This document shows positions 46,184-55,208 of a stretch of 64,000 nt of DNA, in pieces. The notes under the pieces are model-generated. The model had not been told where the DNA came from. It did no database searches and saw nothing but the letters and a program-made list of their open reading frames with translations. Location: assembly GCA_963753185.1 (NCBI GenBank), contig CAVWBO010000007.1, positions 2,507,805 to 2,571,804 on the forward strand, read 5' to 3'. The position numbers and the translations under genes are program-made. Positions within the stretch are counted from its first letter, which is position 1, and every line of letters starts with the position of its first letter. The DNA is from an uncultured Acidimicrobiia bacterium (GTDB lineage Bacteria > Actinomycetota > Acidimicrobiia > Spongiisociales > UBA5794).

Positions 46184-46963
46184 CGGCCAGATAGGTGACC
46201 TCGAGTTCTTCGATCGGTGGCGCCGGAACGGGTCGATACTTCGCGCCCTTCCGCCACAGCTTGATCGCCTCCCAGTGGATCCCTCCGACGACCTTGAGGG
46301 TCAGGAGCGGGCTCGTGAAGAACTGCTTGATGAGGCTACGAGTCGTGAGCGGGACCCTTCGCCCGGCCTGGGACGCCGTGAGAAGCCTCGCTCCCTCCTC
46401 GTCAAGGTATTCGATCACGATCCCGTACTCGTCGGCCGGTGGGGTGAGCGAGATCCGGTACCGGCCGATCTGGTCGAAGAACGGCGACACGTGCAACGTC
46501 TTGTCGAACCCGTGCCTGGGCAGCTTGTCGCCATCGAGGCCGTGGGGCAGCACCGCGAGGTGCGAATGCGCGTGGCCGAAGGTGTTGTGGACCTCGTACA
46601 GGACGGCGCGGAGCGTTCCCCCGCGTCGTAGCCGAACCAGACCGTGATCGGGTTGAACGTGTATCCGAGGATGCGAGGGAACACCAACATCCTCACGGAC
46701 CCGCCGTCGAGATCTACGCCCGCACGATCGAGATGGCCATCGAACCATGCGCGCAGGTCGGATCCATCCCTGGGACCGTGGTCACGATCGTGGAACGACA
46801 CGAGGTTCCACCGGTTGTGGGACAACACAGGGATCCTCCTGGCGACATCGTCGATCTCGTCGAGGTCTACCAGCAACGACCAGACCTTGTACTTGAGTTG
46901 ATGACCCATGGGCTGGAAACGGCGGTGACGCACGACCGACTCGTAGATGGCAGAGGCGCTCAT
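46173..46963 (-). pseudogene. DUF1365-family protein (usually partnered with an amine-oxidase-like oxidoreductase and Cfa) with a frameshift in a G-run near 46618
   Basis: The N-terminal 116 aa (MSASAIYESVVRHRRF...WFGYDAGE) lie in one frame. The C-terminal part (GTLRAVLYEVHNTFGHAHSHL...HVSPFFDQ...) lies in the +1 frame. Changing GCGGGGGAACG from five G to six G restores the ORF. Start overlaps the upstream oxidoreductase stop (ATGA). Confidence 0.7.
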
Positions 46964-48285
46964 GCGAGTGCCCGCTGCCCGGCGGGTGCCGCATGGATGG
47001 CAGCCGTCGAGACCGGCACGATGTCATCGTGCCACGGAGCCGGGGAGTCGAGGGCGGCGGCCACCGTCAGGCCGGACTGGAGGCCGTCCTCGTGGAAGCC
47101 GTACCCGAGGTGCGCGCCGGCGAACCAGACGCGGTCGCGACCCTGAATGGATGGGATCTCCCGCTGGGCCCGATCGGTGTCGACGTCGAACTGCGGATGC
47201 ATCGTCACCCAGCGGTCGAGGACCTTCGAGGGATCGACGCTCTCCCCGGGATTGAGCGTGACCATGACGTCCGTGTCGGTGCCGAGGTTCTGGAGGAGGT
47301 TCATCCAGTAGCTGACTGAGACGGGACGTGACCCGTCATCGTCGACGCGCTCGATGGCGTTCCACGACGACCACACCCGACGGCGCCTCGGCATCGCCGA
47401 GACGTCGGTGTGGAGAACGACCTCGTTGCGGTCATACCGGAACACCGACAGGATCCGACGCTCGTCGTCTGAAGCGTCCTCCCCGAGGATGCCGAGGGTG
47501 ACATCGGCGTGGGTGGCGAACACGACCTGGTCGAACGTCTCGGTGACACCGTGGACGTCCGTGACGTCGACTCCTGTCACACCGCGCCGCACGGTGGCCA
47601 CGCCCCGGTTCGTGTGAACGGAGGTGACCTCCTTGATGGCTCGCCGCACGTATTCCCGGGATCCCCCCGCTACGGTCCGCCACTGGGGCCGGTCGGTGAT
47701 TCGGATGAGGCCATGGTTGTCGAGGAATCCGAGGAACGTGCGTGCAGGCATGTCCTGAGCGTTGTTGCGTGTTCCTGACCAAACGGCCGAGGCGAGGGGC
47801 ATCAGGTAGTGCGAACCGAAACCTGCGGGGTACCCACGATGGGTGAGGTAATCGGAGATCGACATGTCGTCTGGGACGAGTCCACGGCCGAGGCGGTCGG
47901 CCTCGGATCTGAACCGATTGATGCCGCGCACCACGTCCCAGATACGCCTGTCGAGGACGGATCGCGGCCGGGAGAACATCGCACCGGCCCTTCCACCGTA
48001 TTCGACCGTCCCGTCCTCTGAGGAGACGGCGAACGACATGTCGCTCGCCTCCGTTTCCACGCCGAGGATGTCGAAGAACCTGACGAGGTTGGGGTAGTTC
48101 CTCTCGTTGTAGACGATGAATCCGGTGTCGACGGGAATCGTCGCTCCGTCCACGTCGACATCGAGCGTTCGGCTGTGACCGCCCACCCGATCGTCGGCCT
48201 CGAACAGGACGACGTCGTGCACCTGGCTCAGCGCCCACGAGGCGCCGATTCCGGCGATACCTGAGCCGACGACGGCAATACGCAT
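46960..48285 (-). CDS. NAD(P)/FAD-dependent oxidoreductase (amine-oxidase-like, the usual DUF1365 partner)
   Basis: N-terminal IAVVGSGIAGIGASWAL dinucleotide-binding motif. ~440 aa flavin amine-oxidase fold. Confidence 0.75.
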   Translation of the reverse strand: MRIAVVGSGIAGIGASWALSQVHDVVLFEADDRVGGHSRTLDVDVDGATIPVDTGFIVYNERNYPNLVRFFDILGVETEASDMSFAVSSEDGTVEYGGRAGAMFSRPRSVLDRRIWDVVRGINRFRSEADRLGRGLVPDDMSISDYLTHRGYPAGFGSHYLMPLASAVWSGTRNNAQDMPARTFLGFLDNHGLIRITDRPQWRTVAGGSREYVRRAIKEVTSVHTNRGVATVRRGVTGVDVTDVHGVTETFDQVVFATHADVTLGILGEDASDDERRILSVFRYDRNEVVLHTDVSAMPRRRRVWSSWNAIERVDDDGSRPVSVSYWMNLLQNLGTDTDVMVTLNPGESVDPSKVLDRWVTMHPQFDVDTDRAQREIPSIQGRDRVWFAGAHLGYGFHEDGLQSGLTVAAALDSPAPWHDDIVPVSTAAIHAAPAGQRALA

Positions 48286-48412
48286 CGAAAGGTGTCCTTT
48301 CACGACGGGGTACCTCCTCATACGGCATGACGTGTCCCCGCGGATGAACGAGCGAGCGGATCACCCGACGCGCCACCATCCGAGTACCCCACTCGGTCCG
48401 TAGAGTCAGGGC

Positions 48413-49387
48413 ATGAGCTTTCTCGATTCAGCACTCGACGCGACACTTGCCGGCTATTCCAAGGTCGGCTTCTCAGCGCGCGGGCTCTCGGTAGATGAGC
48501 GATTCCCCGGCATCGAAGGCAGACACGTCATGGTCACCGGAGCGACAGGGGGAATCGGCCGCGCGACCGCCTTGCGCCTCGCGGACAACGGTGCGGTCGT
48601 CCACGCCGTTGGCCGCAGTGTCGACAAGCTCGACACGCTGGTTGCCGATGCGAATGGCACCGTCATCGCGCATCGCGCCGACCTGTCGCTCATGGCGGAC
48701 ATCGAGCGACTCGCAGACGACTACATCGCTTCAGGCCGACCCCTGCACGGCCTCGTGAACAACGTCGGAATCATGATCCACGAACGAACCGTCACCGAGG
48801 AGGGCTGGGAGATCACCTATGCCACGAACCTCCTCGGGCAGTACGTCCTCACCCGCAAGCTGATGCCCGTCATTGTCGGGTCGGCACCCGCTCGCATCGT
48901 GATGGTCTCCTCGGGAGGCATGTACTCACAGGGGCTCACGGTCACGAACCTCCAGTCGAACGTGGGCGAGTACAACGGAACCGACGCGTACGCCCGAACC
49001 AAACGCGCACAGGTGGTCCTCGCAGAGGAATGGGCTGAGGAAGTCAAGGCGACTGGCGTGACTGTGAACTCGATGCACCCCGGATGGGTCGACACCGCGG
49101 GCGTGCAGACGTCGCTCCCGACCTTCAGGAAGATCACGGGACCATTCCTTCGGGATGAGGCGCAAGGTGCCGACACCATCGTCTGGCTGGTCGCCTCGGA
49201 CCAGGCGAAGGACGCCTCTGGCTCGTTCTGGCACGACCGCGCCGAACGCCCCACCCACCGCGTGAAGAAGACGCAGGAAGACGCGTCCAAGCGACGGCGT
49301 TTCCTCGAACAGATGGCGACCGATGCGGCGCCATACCTGAAGTCCACCCAAGCTCATCCCCAACCGGTCGATCAATCGGAGAACTGA
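48413..49387 (+). CDS. SDR-family oxidoreductase
   Basis: VMVTGATGGIGRATA Rossmann motif and catalytic YxxxK (YARTK). Confidence 0.75.
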   Translation: MSFLDSALDATLAGYSKVGFSARGLSVDERFPGIEGRHVMVTGATGGIGRATALRLADNGAVVHAVGRSVDKLDTLVADANGTVIAHRADLSLMADIERLADDYIASGRPLHGLVNNVGIMIHERTVTEEGWEITYATNLLGQYVLTRKLMPVIVGSAPARIVMVSSGGMYSQGLTVTNLQSNVGEYNGTDAYARTKRAQVVLAEEWAEEVKATGVTVNSMHPGWVDTAGVQTSLPTFRKITGPFLRDEAQGADTIVWLVASDQAKDASGSFWHDRAERPTHRVKKTQEDASKRRRFLEQMATDAAPYLKSTQAHPQPVDQSEN

Positions 49388-49388
49388 C

Positions 49389-49847
49389 ATGCCAAAGCTG
49401 ATCCGCACCATCACAACCGACGCACCCATCGACGAGGTGTTCGCGTACCTCGCAGACTTCTCGAACGGCCCCGAATGGGACCCTGGCCAGGAGTCGTCCG
49501 TGGCACGAGACGACACAGGGCCACGCCTCGGTCAGGTCTACGACGTCATGGTGCTGTGGGGCGACCGCAAGCTCCCCATGGTGTACGAGGTCACCGCATA
49601 CAAGCCGAACTACATGATCACGCTCGTCGGCGACGGATCGACGACCCATGCTGTCGACACGCTCGAGTTCGCGGAGGTCTCGGACGGCGGCACCGCCGTC
49701 ACGTACACGGCGGACATCCGCCTCAAGGGAGTCCTCCGCCTCGCCGAACCGTTCCTCGGATCGAAGTTCAAGGAACTCGCCGATCACGCCGAGGCCGGCA
49801 TCGCGGCCCAGCTGAATCGGCTCGCGGCGACGGGCGAGACGGGCTGA
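49389..49847 (+). CDS. SRPBCC-superfamily protein (Bet v1-like)
   Basis: 152 aa, MPKLIRTITTDAPIDEVFAYLADFSNGPEWDP..., a typical SRPBCC N-terminus. Start is 2 nt after the SDR stop. Confidence 0.65.
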   Translation: MPKLIRTITTDAPIDEVFAYLADFSNGPEWDPGQESSVARDDTGPRLGQVYDVMVLWGDRKLPMVYEVTAYKPNYMITLVGDGSTTHAVDTLEFAEVSDGGTAVTYTADIRLKGVLRLAEPFLGSKFKELADHAEAGIAAQLNRLAATGETG

Positions 49848-49871
49848 CCCAGCGCCAAATCCCGTTCGGCG

Positions 49872-50195
49872 TCAGGCTCGGTGGCCGAGGAGGAATGTCC
49901 GAATGTCGTCGGTGCGAAAGCTGGCGATCGCTGCGTACAGCGCCGTCCCACCGTGGCCGAGGACGATGAACACGGCGAGCCACGCGAACGCGACCCACAG
50001 CTTCGCCTCCCGCAGAACGACCCATCCCCAGATCAGCGCGACCCCGACGTAGAGGTCGATGAGCGACATCCTTCCCCACGGCAGGTCGAGGAGCTGGGAT
50101 CCCTCACCGCTGAAGTCCCCGGTGGCAGCGGACACGCCGATCGCGATGAACATCACGACGGTCAACGCGACGGTTGTGATCCTGATACCGGTCAT
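49872..50195 (-). CDS. small integral membrane protein (DUF1475-like)
   Basis: ~107 aa from MTGIRITTVALTVVMFIAIGV. Three predicted TM helices. The upstream track extension lacks coding character. Confidence 0.4.
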   Translation of the reverse strand: MTGIRITTVALTVVMFIAIGVSAATGDFSGEGSQLLDLPWGRMSLIDLYVGVALIWGWVVLREAKLWVAFAWLAVFIVLGHGGTALYAAIASFRTDDIRTFLLGHRA

Positions 50196-50235
50196 GACGT
50201 GGCCGCCTCCTCGGAGCTTGATTGCGTGGTTCGAT

Positions 50236-50646
50236 TCACCCGTCGTCATCGGATGATGCGGCCGGGACTCCGAAGCCATCCTCGAGAACCTGCTCGAGCC
50301 TTCGCTCACCGACGCCACCCACAAACCACCACAGACCGAACCCGAGTGCGGCCACGGTGAGCCCAATGACACTGACGAGGTATACGGCCACGACGGCAGG
50401 TGGTGCGTCCATGAGCGTGTCCCAACCGAGGACGAATCCGAAGACGTAGGCCAGTGCGCCGATGAGCGTGTAGAAGATCGTCACGAACGAGAACCACGTG
50501 AACTCCCCGGTGATCGGGATCGTCACGATCTTGGGAGTTCCCAGCTCGTACAGGTACACGGCCTCTAGGTCCGACGCGACATGGATGCGCTCACCCAACC
50601 GGTCGTTGAGGTAGCGCTCGAGGTACTGCGCGTACCAGCGCGGCAA
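50236..50646 (-). CDS. hypothetical membrane protein
   Basis: 136 aa with 3-4 hydrophobic segments. Non-ATG start. Overlaps the 3' end of the next ORF in the +1 frame, so the two may be one gene split by an indel. Confidence 0.35.
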   Translation of the reverse strand: MPRWYAQYLERYLNDRLGERIHVASDLEAVYLYELGTPKIVTIPITGEFTWFSFVTIFYTLIGALAYVFGFVLGWDTLMDAPPAVVAVYLVSVIGLTVAALGFGLWWFVGGVGERRLEQVLEDGFGVPAASSDDDG

Positions 50647-50842
50647 ACGTGAGATAGGACGAGTCGAACGCGGTGGCGACTGCGCCGATCAAGGCGACGA
50701 CGGGGACGAGGAGGAAGGCCTCGGGGACCTGCCACCATCCGATGACCAACAGGGCGATGACGAGCACCGTCGTGAAGTTGATGTCGAAGAAGAACCGCTT
50801 GTGGTACATCGCCGTCATCCCTCGCATCCTCGAGAGCTGCAT
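50591..50842 (-). CDS. hypothetical small membrane protein
   Basis: ~83 aa from MQLSRMRGMTAMYHKRFFFDINFTTVLVIALLVIGWW with two TM helices. Start ambiguous among three nearby ATGs. Confidence 0.3.
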   Translation of the reverse strand: MQLSRMRGMTAMYHKRFFFDINFTTVLVIALLVIGWWQVPEAFLLVPVVALIGAVATAFDSSYLTFAALVRAVPRALPQRPVG

Positions 50843-50985
50843 GGCGGCGATCCGCGTCGTGGCGTCCATGCACGCGAGCCTAACGTGGTCGACCAGTCCG
50901 ATTTGGACGGCGAGGCCGGTGTTGGTGCCGTCGTCGTCTGCAGCGAGCACGGTCGACGCAGCTCCGATGCCGCGACGCTTCGACG

Positions 50986-52182
50986 TCAGGAGGCTCCGTC
51001 GAGGTCGAGGATGGCGTTCACCCATTTCCCATTCGCCCGGCTCGATGCCACGGCGGCTTCGACGAACCGGACACCGATGGCGCCGTCCATCTCGTTCGGG
51101 AACCACCGCGAGAGCGGGTCCGGAGAGGTTCCGGCCCGTCTGGCGGCGATCACCTCCGCGGCATCTGCGTAGACGTTGGCGAAGGCCTCGAGGAATCCCT
51201 CCGGATGCCCAGCGACGATCCGTGAGGCGCGCCTCGCGGGCGGGAGGATGTCGGGGCCGTTCGGCGTGAAGAAGCGAACGGGACCGTCAAGGGGGCGGTA
51301 GACGAGCTCCGTCGGCTGCTCCTGGCTCCACTCCAGCGTGCCGCCGGTACCCGAGACACGGATCCTGAGGCCGTTCTCGACCCCTGCTGCGGCCTGGGTC
51401 ACCCACATCGAACCCCTCGCACCGTTGTCGAAACGAAGCATCGCCGCCCCATAGTCGTCTACGAGTCGACCTGGCGCGACATGACCGAGCTCGGCCGCCA
51501 CCTCGGATACCTCGATCCCTGCGATGAAGCGAGCCAGATTGTGGGCGTGGGTCCCGATGTCGCCCATGACGAGGGAAGGCCCTCCCCGCACCGGGTCGTA
51601 CCGCCATGGCAGGCCGTCCTCAGGGTTCGGATCGTCCTCCCGAGCCTTCCCACCCTGGACATACTCGACCTGCACCAGCCTGATCGTCCCCAGGAGTCCT
51701 TCCTCGACCATCGCCCTGGCCTGTCGAACGAGGGGGTACCCGGTGTAGTTGTGCGTGAGGCAGAACACACGGCCAGTCGCGCGAACGGTGCGCACGACGT
51801 CGACTGCTTCGACGACCGTGTTGGTCATCGGCTTGTCGCAAACGACATCGAACCCCCTCTCCAATGCGGCGACGATGTACCGATGGTGACTGTCGTTCGG
51901 TGTCATGATCGCGACCACGTCGACACCGTCCGGTCGCTCGGCCTCAGCGTCGAGAAGCTCGATCGCATCGTCGTATGCGCGCTCGCGTGCGATGCCGAGG
52001 TCGGTCGAGGCCGCTCGGGATCGATCGGGGTCAGACGAGAGGACGGCTGCCACCAGGTCGTACCGACCGTCGAGCCGCGCCGCCGATCGATGCATGGCAC
52101 CGATGAAGCTGCCAGGCCCCCCACCGATGACCGCGAGACGTAGCGGCCTCCCCAGCGACGCCAACACCGGATTCGTGTCCAC
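50986..52182 (-). CDS. Gfo/Idh/MocA-family NAD(P)-dependent oxidoreductase
   Basis: N-terminal Rossmann LRLAVIGGGPGSFIG and the Gfo/Idh/MocA C-terminal alpha/beta domain. GTG start with GGAAGGGAT 4 nt upstream. Confidence 0.75.
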   Translation of the reverse strand: MDTNPVLASLGRPLRLAVIGGGPGSFIGAMHRSAARLDGRYDLVAAVLSSDPDRSRAASTDLGIARERAYDDAIELLDAEAERPDGVDVVAIMTPNDSHHRYIVAALERGFDVVCDKPMTNTVVEAVDVVRTVRATGRVFCLTHNYTGYPLVRQARAMVEEGLLGTIRLVQVEYVQGGKAREDDPNPEDGLPWRYDPVRGGPSLVMGDIGTHAHNLARFIAGIEVSEVAAELGHVAPGRLVDDYGAAMLRFDNGARGSMWVTQAAAGVENGLRIRVSGTGGTLEWSQEQPTELVYRPLDGPVRFFTPNGPDILPPARRASRIVAGHPEGFLEAFANVYADAAEVIAARRAGTSPDPLSRWFPNEMDGAIGVRFVEAAVASSRANGKWVNAILDLDGAS

Positions 52183-52330
52183 AGATCCCTTCCGTCGGCC
52201 ACGCACTCTAGGGGTGCCGACTCGGTGCCGAGACACCGCACGGTGCCATTCGGGCGTCTGGAATCCCGCCCCGCGAGTTAGCCCGAATCCGAAACGGTGG
52301 GCGCCGGTAGCCTCTCGCGGAGTGGACGAC

Positions 52331-52639
52331 ATGACGGAACGACACCACACGCTCCGACCGGTCGGCGCCCGCTATTGGTGGGTGTCCACCATCCTCCTTG
52401 GCGTCCTTGTCCTGACCGTCGTGAACATCGTGAGCACGATCGGTCGCATGGAAAACCGGAACGCGCTGATGGCGCCCTTCCTCGAGTGTGTCGAGCAATC
52501 CGGCGGAACCTTCACCGAACCAACGCAATGGATGAAGGCAGGGGGGCGTCCCATCGTCATCCCAGCGACCGAGGTCAGCGAGGAGGACCGTGAGATCCAT
52601 CGAGTCTGTTGGGAGCAGGTGCAGTACTCAGGGCCCTAG
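52331..52639 (+). CDS. hypothetical membrane-anchored small protein
   Basis: 102 aa, one TM helix (WWVSTILLGVLVLTVVNIV) then a soluble Cys-containing region. Modest RBS. Confidence 0.35.
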   Translation: MTERHHTLRPVGARYWWVSTILLGVLVLTVVNIVSTIGRMENRNALMAPFLECVEQSGGTFTEPTQWMKAGGRPIVIPATEVSEEDREIHRVCWEQVQYSGP

Positions 52640-52671
52640 CGGACCATCTGCTCTTCCCTGATGTCATCTCG

Positions 52672-53202
52672 ATGTCGATTCAGCTCCGTACCAAGGGCGT
52701 GAGCGAGTCAGGGTCAGCCAGCACGGGCATCGAACGCATCGACCGGTCGATCTCGGCCTTCCTCCGGCGTTGGTCGATCCCGACGCTGCGAGTATCACTC
52801 GCCATCGTGTTCATCTGGTTCGGGGCGCTGAAGGTGTTCGACGTCACGCCCGTGACCGATCTCGTTGCCAGCACGGTGTACTGGTTCGACCCCGACTGGG
52901 TGGTGCCCGTCCTCGGCGTGTTCGAGATCCTCGTCGGTGTCGGGCTGCTGTTGCGGATCGCCTTGCGTGCTGTTCTGGCCCTCTTCGCCGCACAGATGAT
53001 CGGAACGTTCCTCGTCCTCGTGCTCCTGCCAGAGATTTCGTTCCAGGATGGCAACCCACTCCTGCTCACGGTCGAAGGAGAGTTCGTCATCAAGAACCTC
53101 GTTCTCCTCTCTGCCGGGATGGTGGTCGGCGCAACCGTGAGAACCAGGCACGCCTTCGCCATCCGAACCGAGACCGACGAGCGACTCCCCGACCCCAGTT
53201 GA
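52672..53202 (+). CDS. DoxX/DUF417-like membrane protein
   Basis: RVSLAIVFIWFGALKVFD resembles the DUF417/YkgB motif. Four predicted TM helices. Confidence 0.5.
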   Translation: MSIQLRTKGVSESGSASTGIERIDRSISAFLRRWSIPTLRVSLAIVFIWFGALKVFDVTPVTDLVASTVYWFDPDWVVPVLGVFEILVGVGLLLRIALRAVLALFAAQMIGTFLVLVLLPEISFQDGNPLLLTVEGEFVIKNLVLLSAGMVVGATVRTRHAFAIRTETDERLPDPS

Positions 53203-53425
53203 ACCCCGGGCCGACGCGGTCAGCACCAGCGTCACCGCCATCCGAGGTCCCAGACGCACGCGAGCTCGTGTCTACGCCTCGCGCCCCCGCCTCCTAAGGC
53301 GCGTACTAAGAAATCGATAAGGAAAAACCTAATGGATTGATGGACATCGGATCCCATCCGTCGCTACCTTGGACTTCTCGCAGCGTCCACGACGCCGCGA
53401 ACAACGGGAAAGAGATGGAGGAACC

Positions 53426-55135
53426 ATGAAGCGAACGACCGCATGGTTCATGTTGGTGCTTGCACTTGCGATGGTTGCGTCAGCGTGTTCCGGAGATGAC
53501 TCCGGCGAGCCTGAAGAGACGACGACCACCACGACCGAGGCACCAGCTGAATCGACAACCACGACAACGAGGGCTCCGGACCCAGGGTTCGAAGGCCTCG
53601 TGCTCGACGCAGGAGGCTGTGACTACGGCGGCCGCGTCGAGAAGATCAGCGCCACCGATGAGTTCACCGTCGAATTCGACCTGTGCGGACCGCACCCCGC
53701 GTTCCTGTCACAGATCGCCTTCAGCGTGTTCGGCATCCAGCCACAAGAGCACCTCGAAGCGACCGGCGGCTCACCACTCGACGAACCTGTCGGGACCGGC
53801 CCGTACTCCCTTCAGGACTGGATCCGAGGCGACTCGGTCGTGTTTGCGAGGAACGACAGCTACTACGGCACCGTCGCTCCACATGAGACGTTCGTCCTCA
53901 AGTGGGCAACGGAGAGCGCAGGACGGCTCATCGAGCTCCAGAGCGGCAACGCTGACGGAATGACGTTCCCCGCACCCGAGGACATCTCGGTGATCGAGGG
54001 AGACGCCAACCTGGTGCTCCTTGACAAGCCGGAGCCGAACATCTTCTACATGGGCTTCACCAACACGTTCGAGCCCTGGAACGATGTCAGGATCCGCAAG
54101 GCCGTTGCACTCGCGATGGACCGCCAGAGGATCGTCGATACGTTCTACCCGCCGGGTTCCGAGACCGCATCGCATTTCACACCCTGTTCCGTGGAGAACG
54201 GATGTGAGGGCGAGTCGTGGTGGGACCAGGACGTCGAAGCCGCGAAGGCCCTGATGGCCGAGGCTGGCTACCCAGACGGGTTTGCGACGACGATCTACTA
54301 CCGGGACGTGACCCGTGGGTACCTGCCTACGCCAGGCAACGTCGCGGCAGACATCCAGGCCCAGCTCAAGGAGACACTCAACATCGATGCACAGGTCATC
54401 GTGCTCGAGTCCGGTGAGTTCATCCAGTCGTCCTCGGCTGGCGAGCTCGACGGCATCCACCTCCTCGGGTGGACCGGCGACTACCCGCACGTGACGAACT
54501 TCTTGGACTTCCACTTCGCAGACACGAACCTCCAGTTCGGTGATGCGCATCCGGAGATCTACGAGCCACTCGCCACCGCCTCGCAGACAGCGAGCGCCGC
54601 AGAGGCTGCTCCACTCTACGAGCAGGCGAACAACGCCATCAAGGAGCTCATCCCGATGATCCCGATCGCCCATGGTGGCGCCGCCTATGCAGCGCTGGCA
54701 TCGGTTCAGGGTGCATACGCTCCCCCATGGGGCGACAGCCAGTTCAACCTGTGGGACAACGGCGGCGACACGCTCGTGTTCGTCCAGGGCAACGAGCCCA
54801 TCTCGTTGTACTGCGCTGACGAGACCGACGGTGAGTCACTGCGGGCATGCTCGCAGATCGTCGAGTCTCTGTACTCGTACGCACCAAACGGTGACGTCCA
54901 GCCACAGCTCGCGACCGAGTGCGTGCCGAATGAAGACCTGTCCCTGTGGACGTGCTCGCTCCGTCAGGGCGTCACGTTCCATAACGGTTCGACGTTCGAT
55001 GCGAACGACGTCGTCGTCTCGTTCACGGCGGGACTCGATGCTTCGAGCCCGTTGCACACCGGCAACAGCGGTGTGTTCGAGTACTACGACTACCTGTGGA
55101 ATGGCCTGATCAACGCACCGGCGTCAGACGGATGA
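53426..55135 (+). CDS. ABC-transporter substrate-binding lipoprotein, family 5 (DppA/OppA-like), apparently circularly permuted
   Basis: Lipoprotein signal MKRTTAWFMLVLALAMVASAC and a Thr-rich linker. All family-5 SBP segments are present, but the segment that is normally N-terminal (LRQGVTFHNGSTFDANDVVVSF...YDYLW) sits at the C-terminus. Confidence 0.8.
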   Translation: MKRTTAWFMLVLALAMVASACSGDDSGEPEETTTTTTEAPAESTTTTTRAPDPGFEGLVLDAGGCDYGGRVEKISATDEFTVEFDLCGPHPAFLSQIAFSVFGIQPQEHLEATGGSPLDEPVGTGPYSLQDWIRGDSVVFARNDSYYGTVAPHETFVLKWATESAGRLIELQSGNADGMTFPAPEDISVIEGDANLVLLDKPEPNIFYMGFTNTFEPWNDVRIRKAVALAMDRQRIVDTFYPPGSETASHFTPCSVENGCEGESWWDQDVEAAKALMAEAGYPDGFATTIYYRDVTRGYLPTPGNVAADIQAQLKETLNIDAQVIVLESGEFIQSSSAGELDGIHLLGWTGDYPHVTNFLDFHFADTNLQFGDAHPEIYEPLATASQTASAAEAAPLYEQANNAIKELIPMIPIAHGGAAYAALASVQGAYAPPWGDSQFNLWDNGGDTLVFVQGNEPISLYCADETDGESLRACSQIVESLYSYAPNGDVQPQLATECVPNEDLSLWTCSLRQGVTFHNGSTFDANDVVVSFTAGLDASSPLHTGNSGVFEYYDYLWNGLINAPASDG

Positions 55136-55208
55136 TCGCCTGTTGATGTACGAATGACAGAGGGGGAGGCGCTTGCGCCTCCCCCTCTGTCTACGATCAA
55201 GGCACTGA

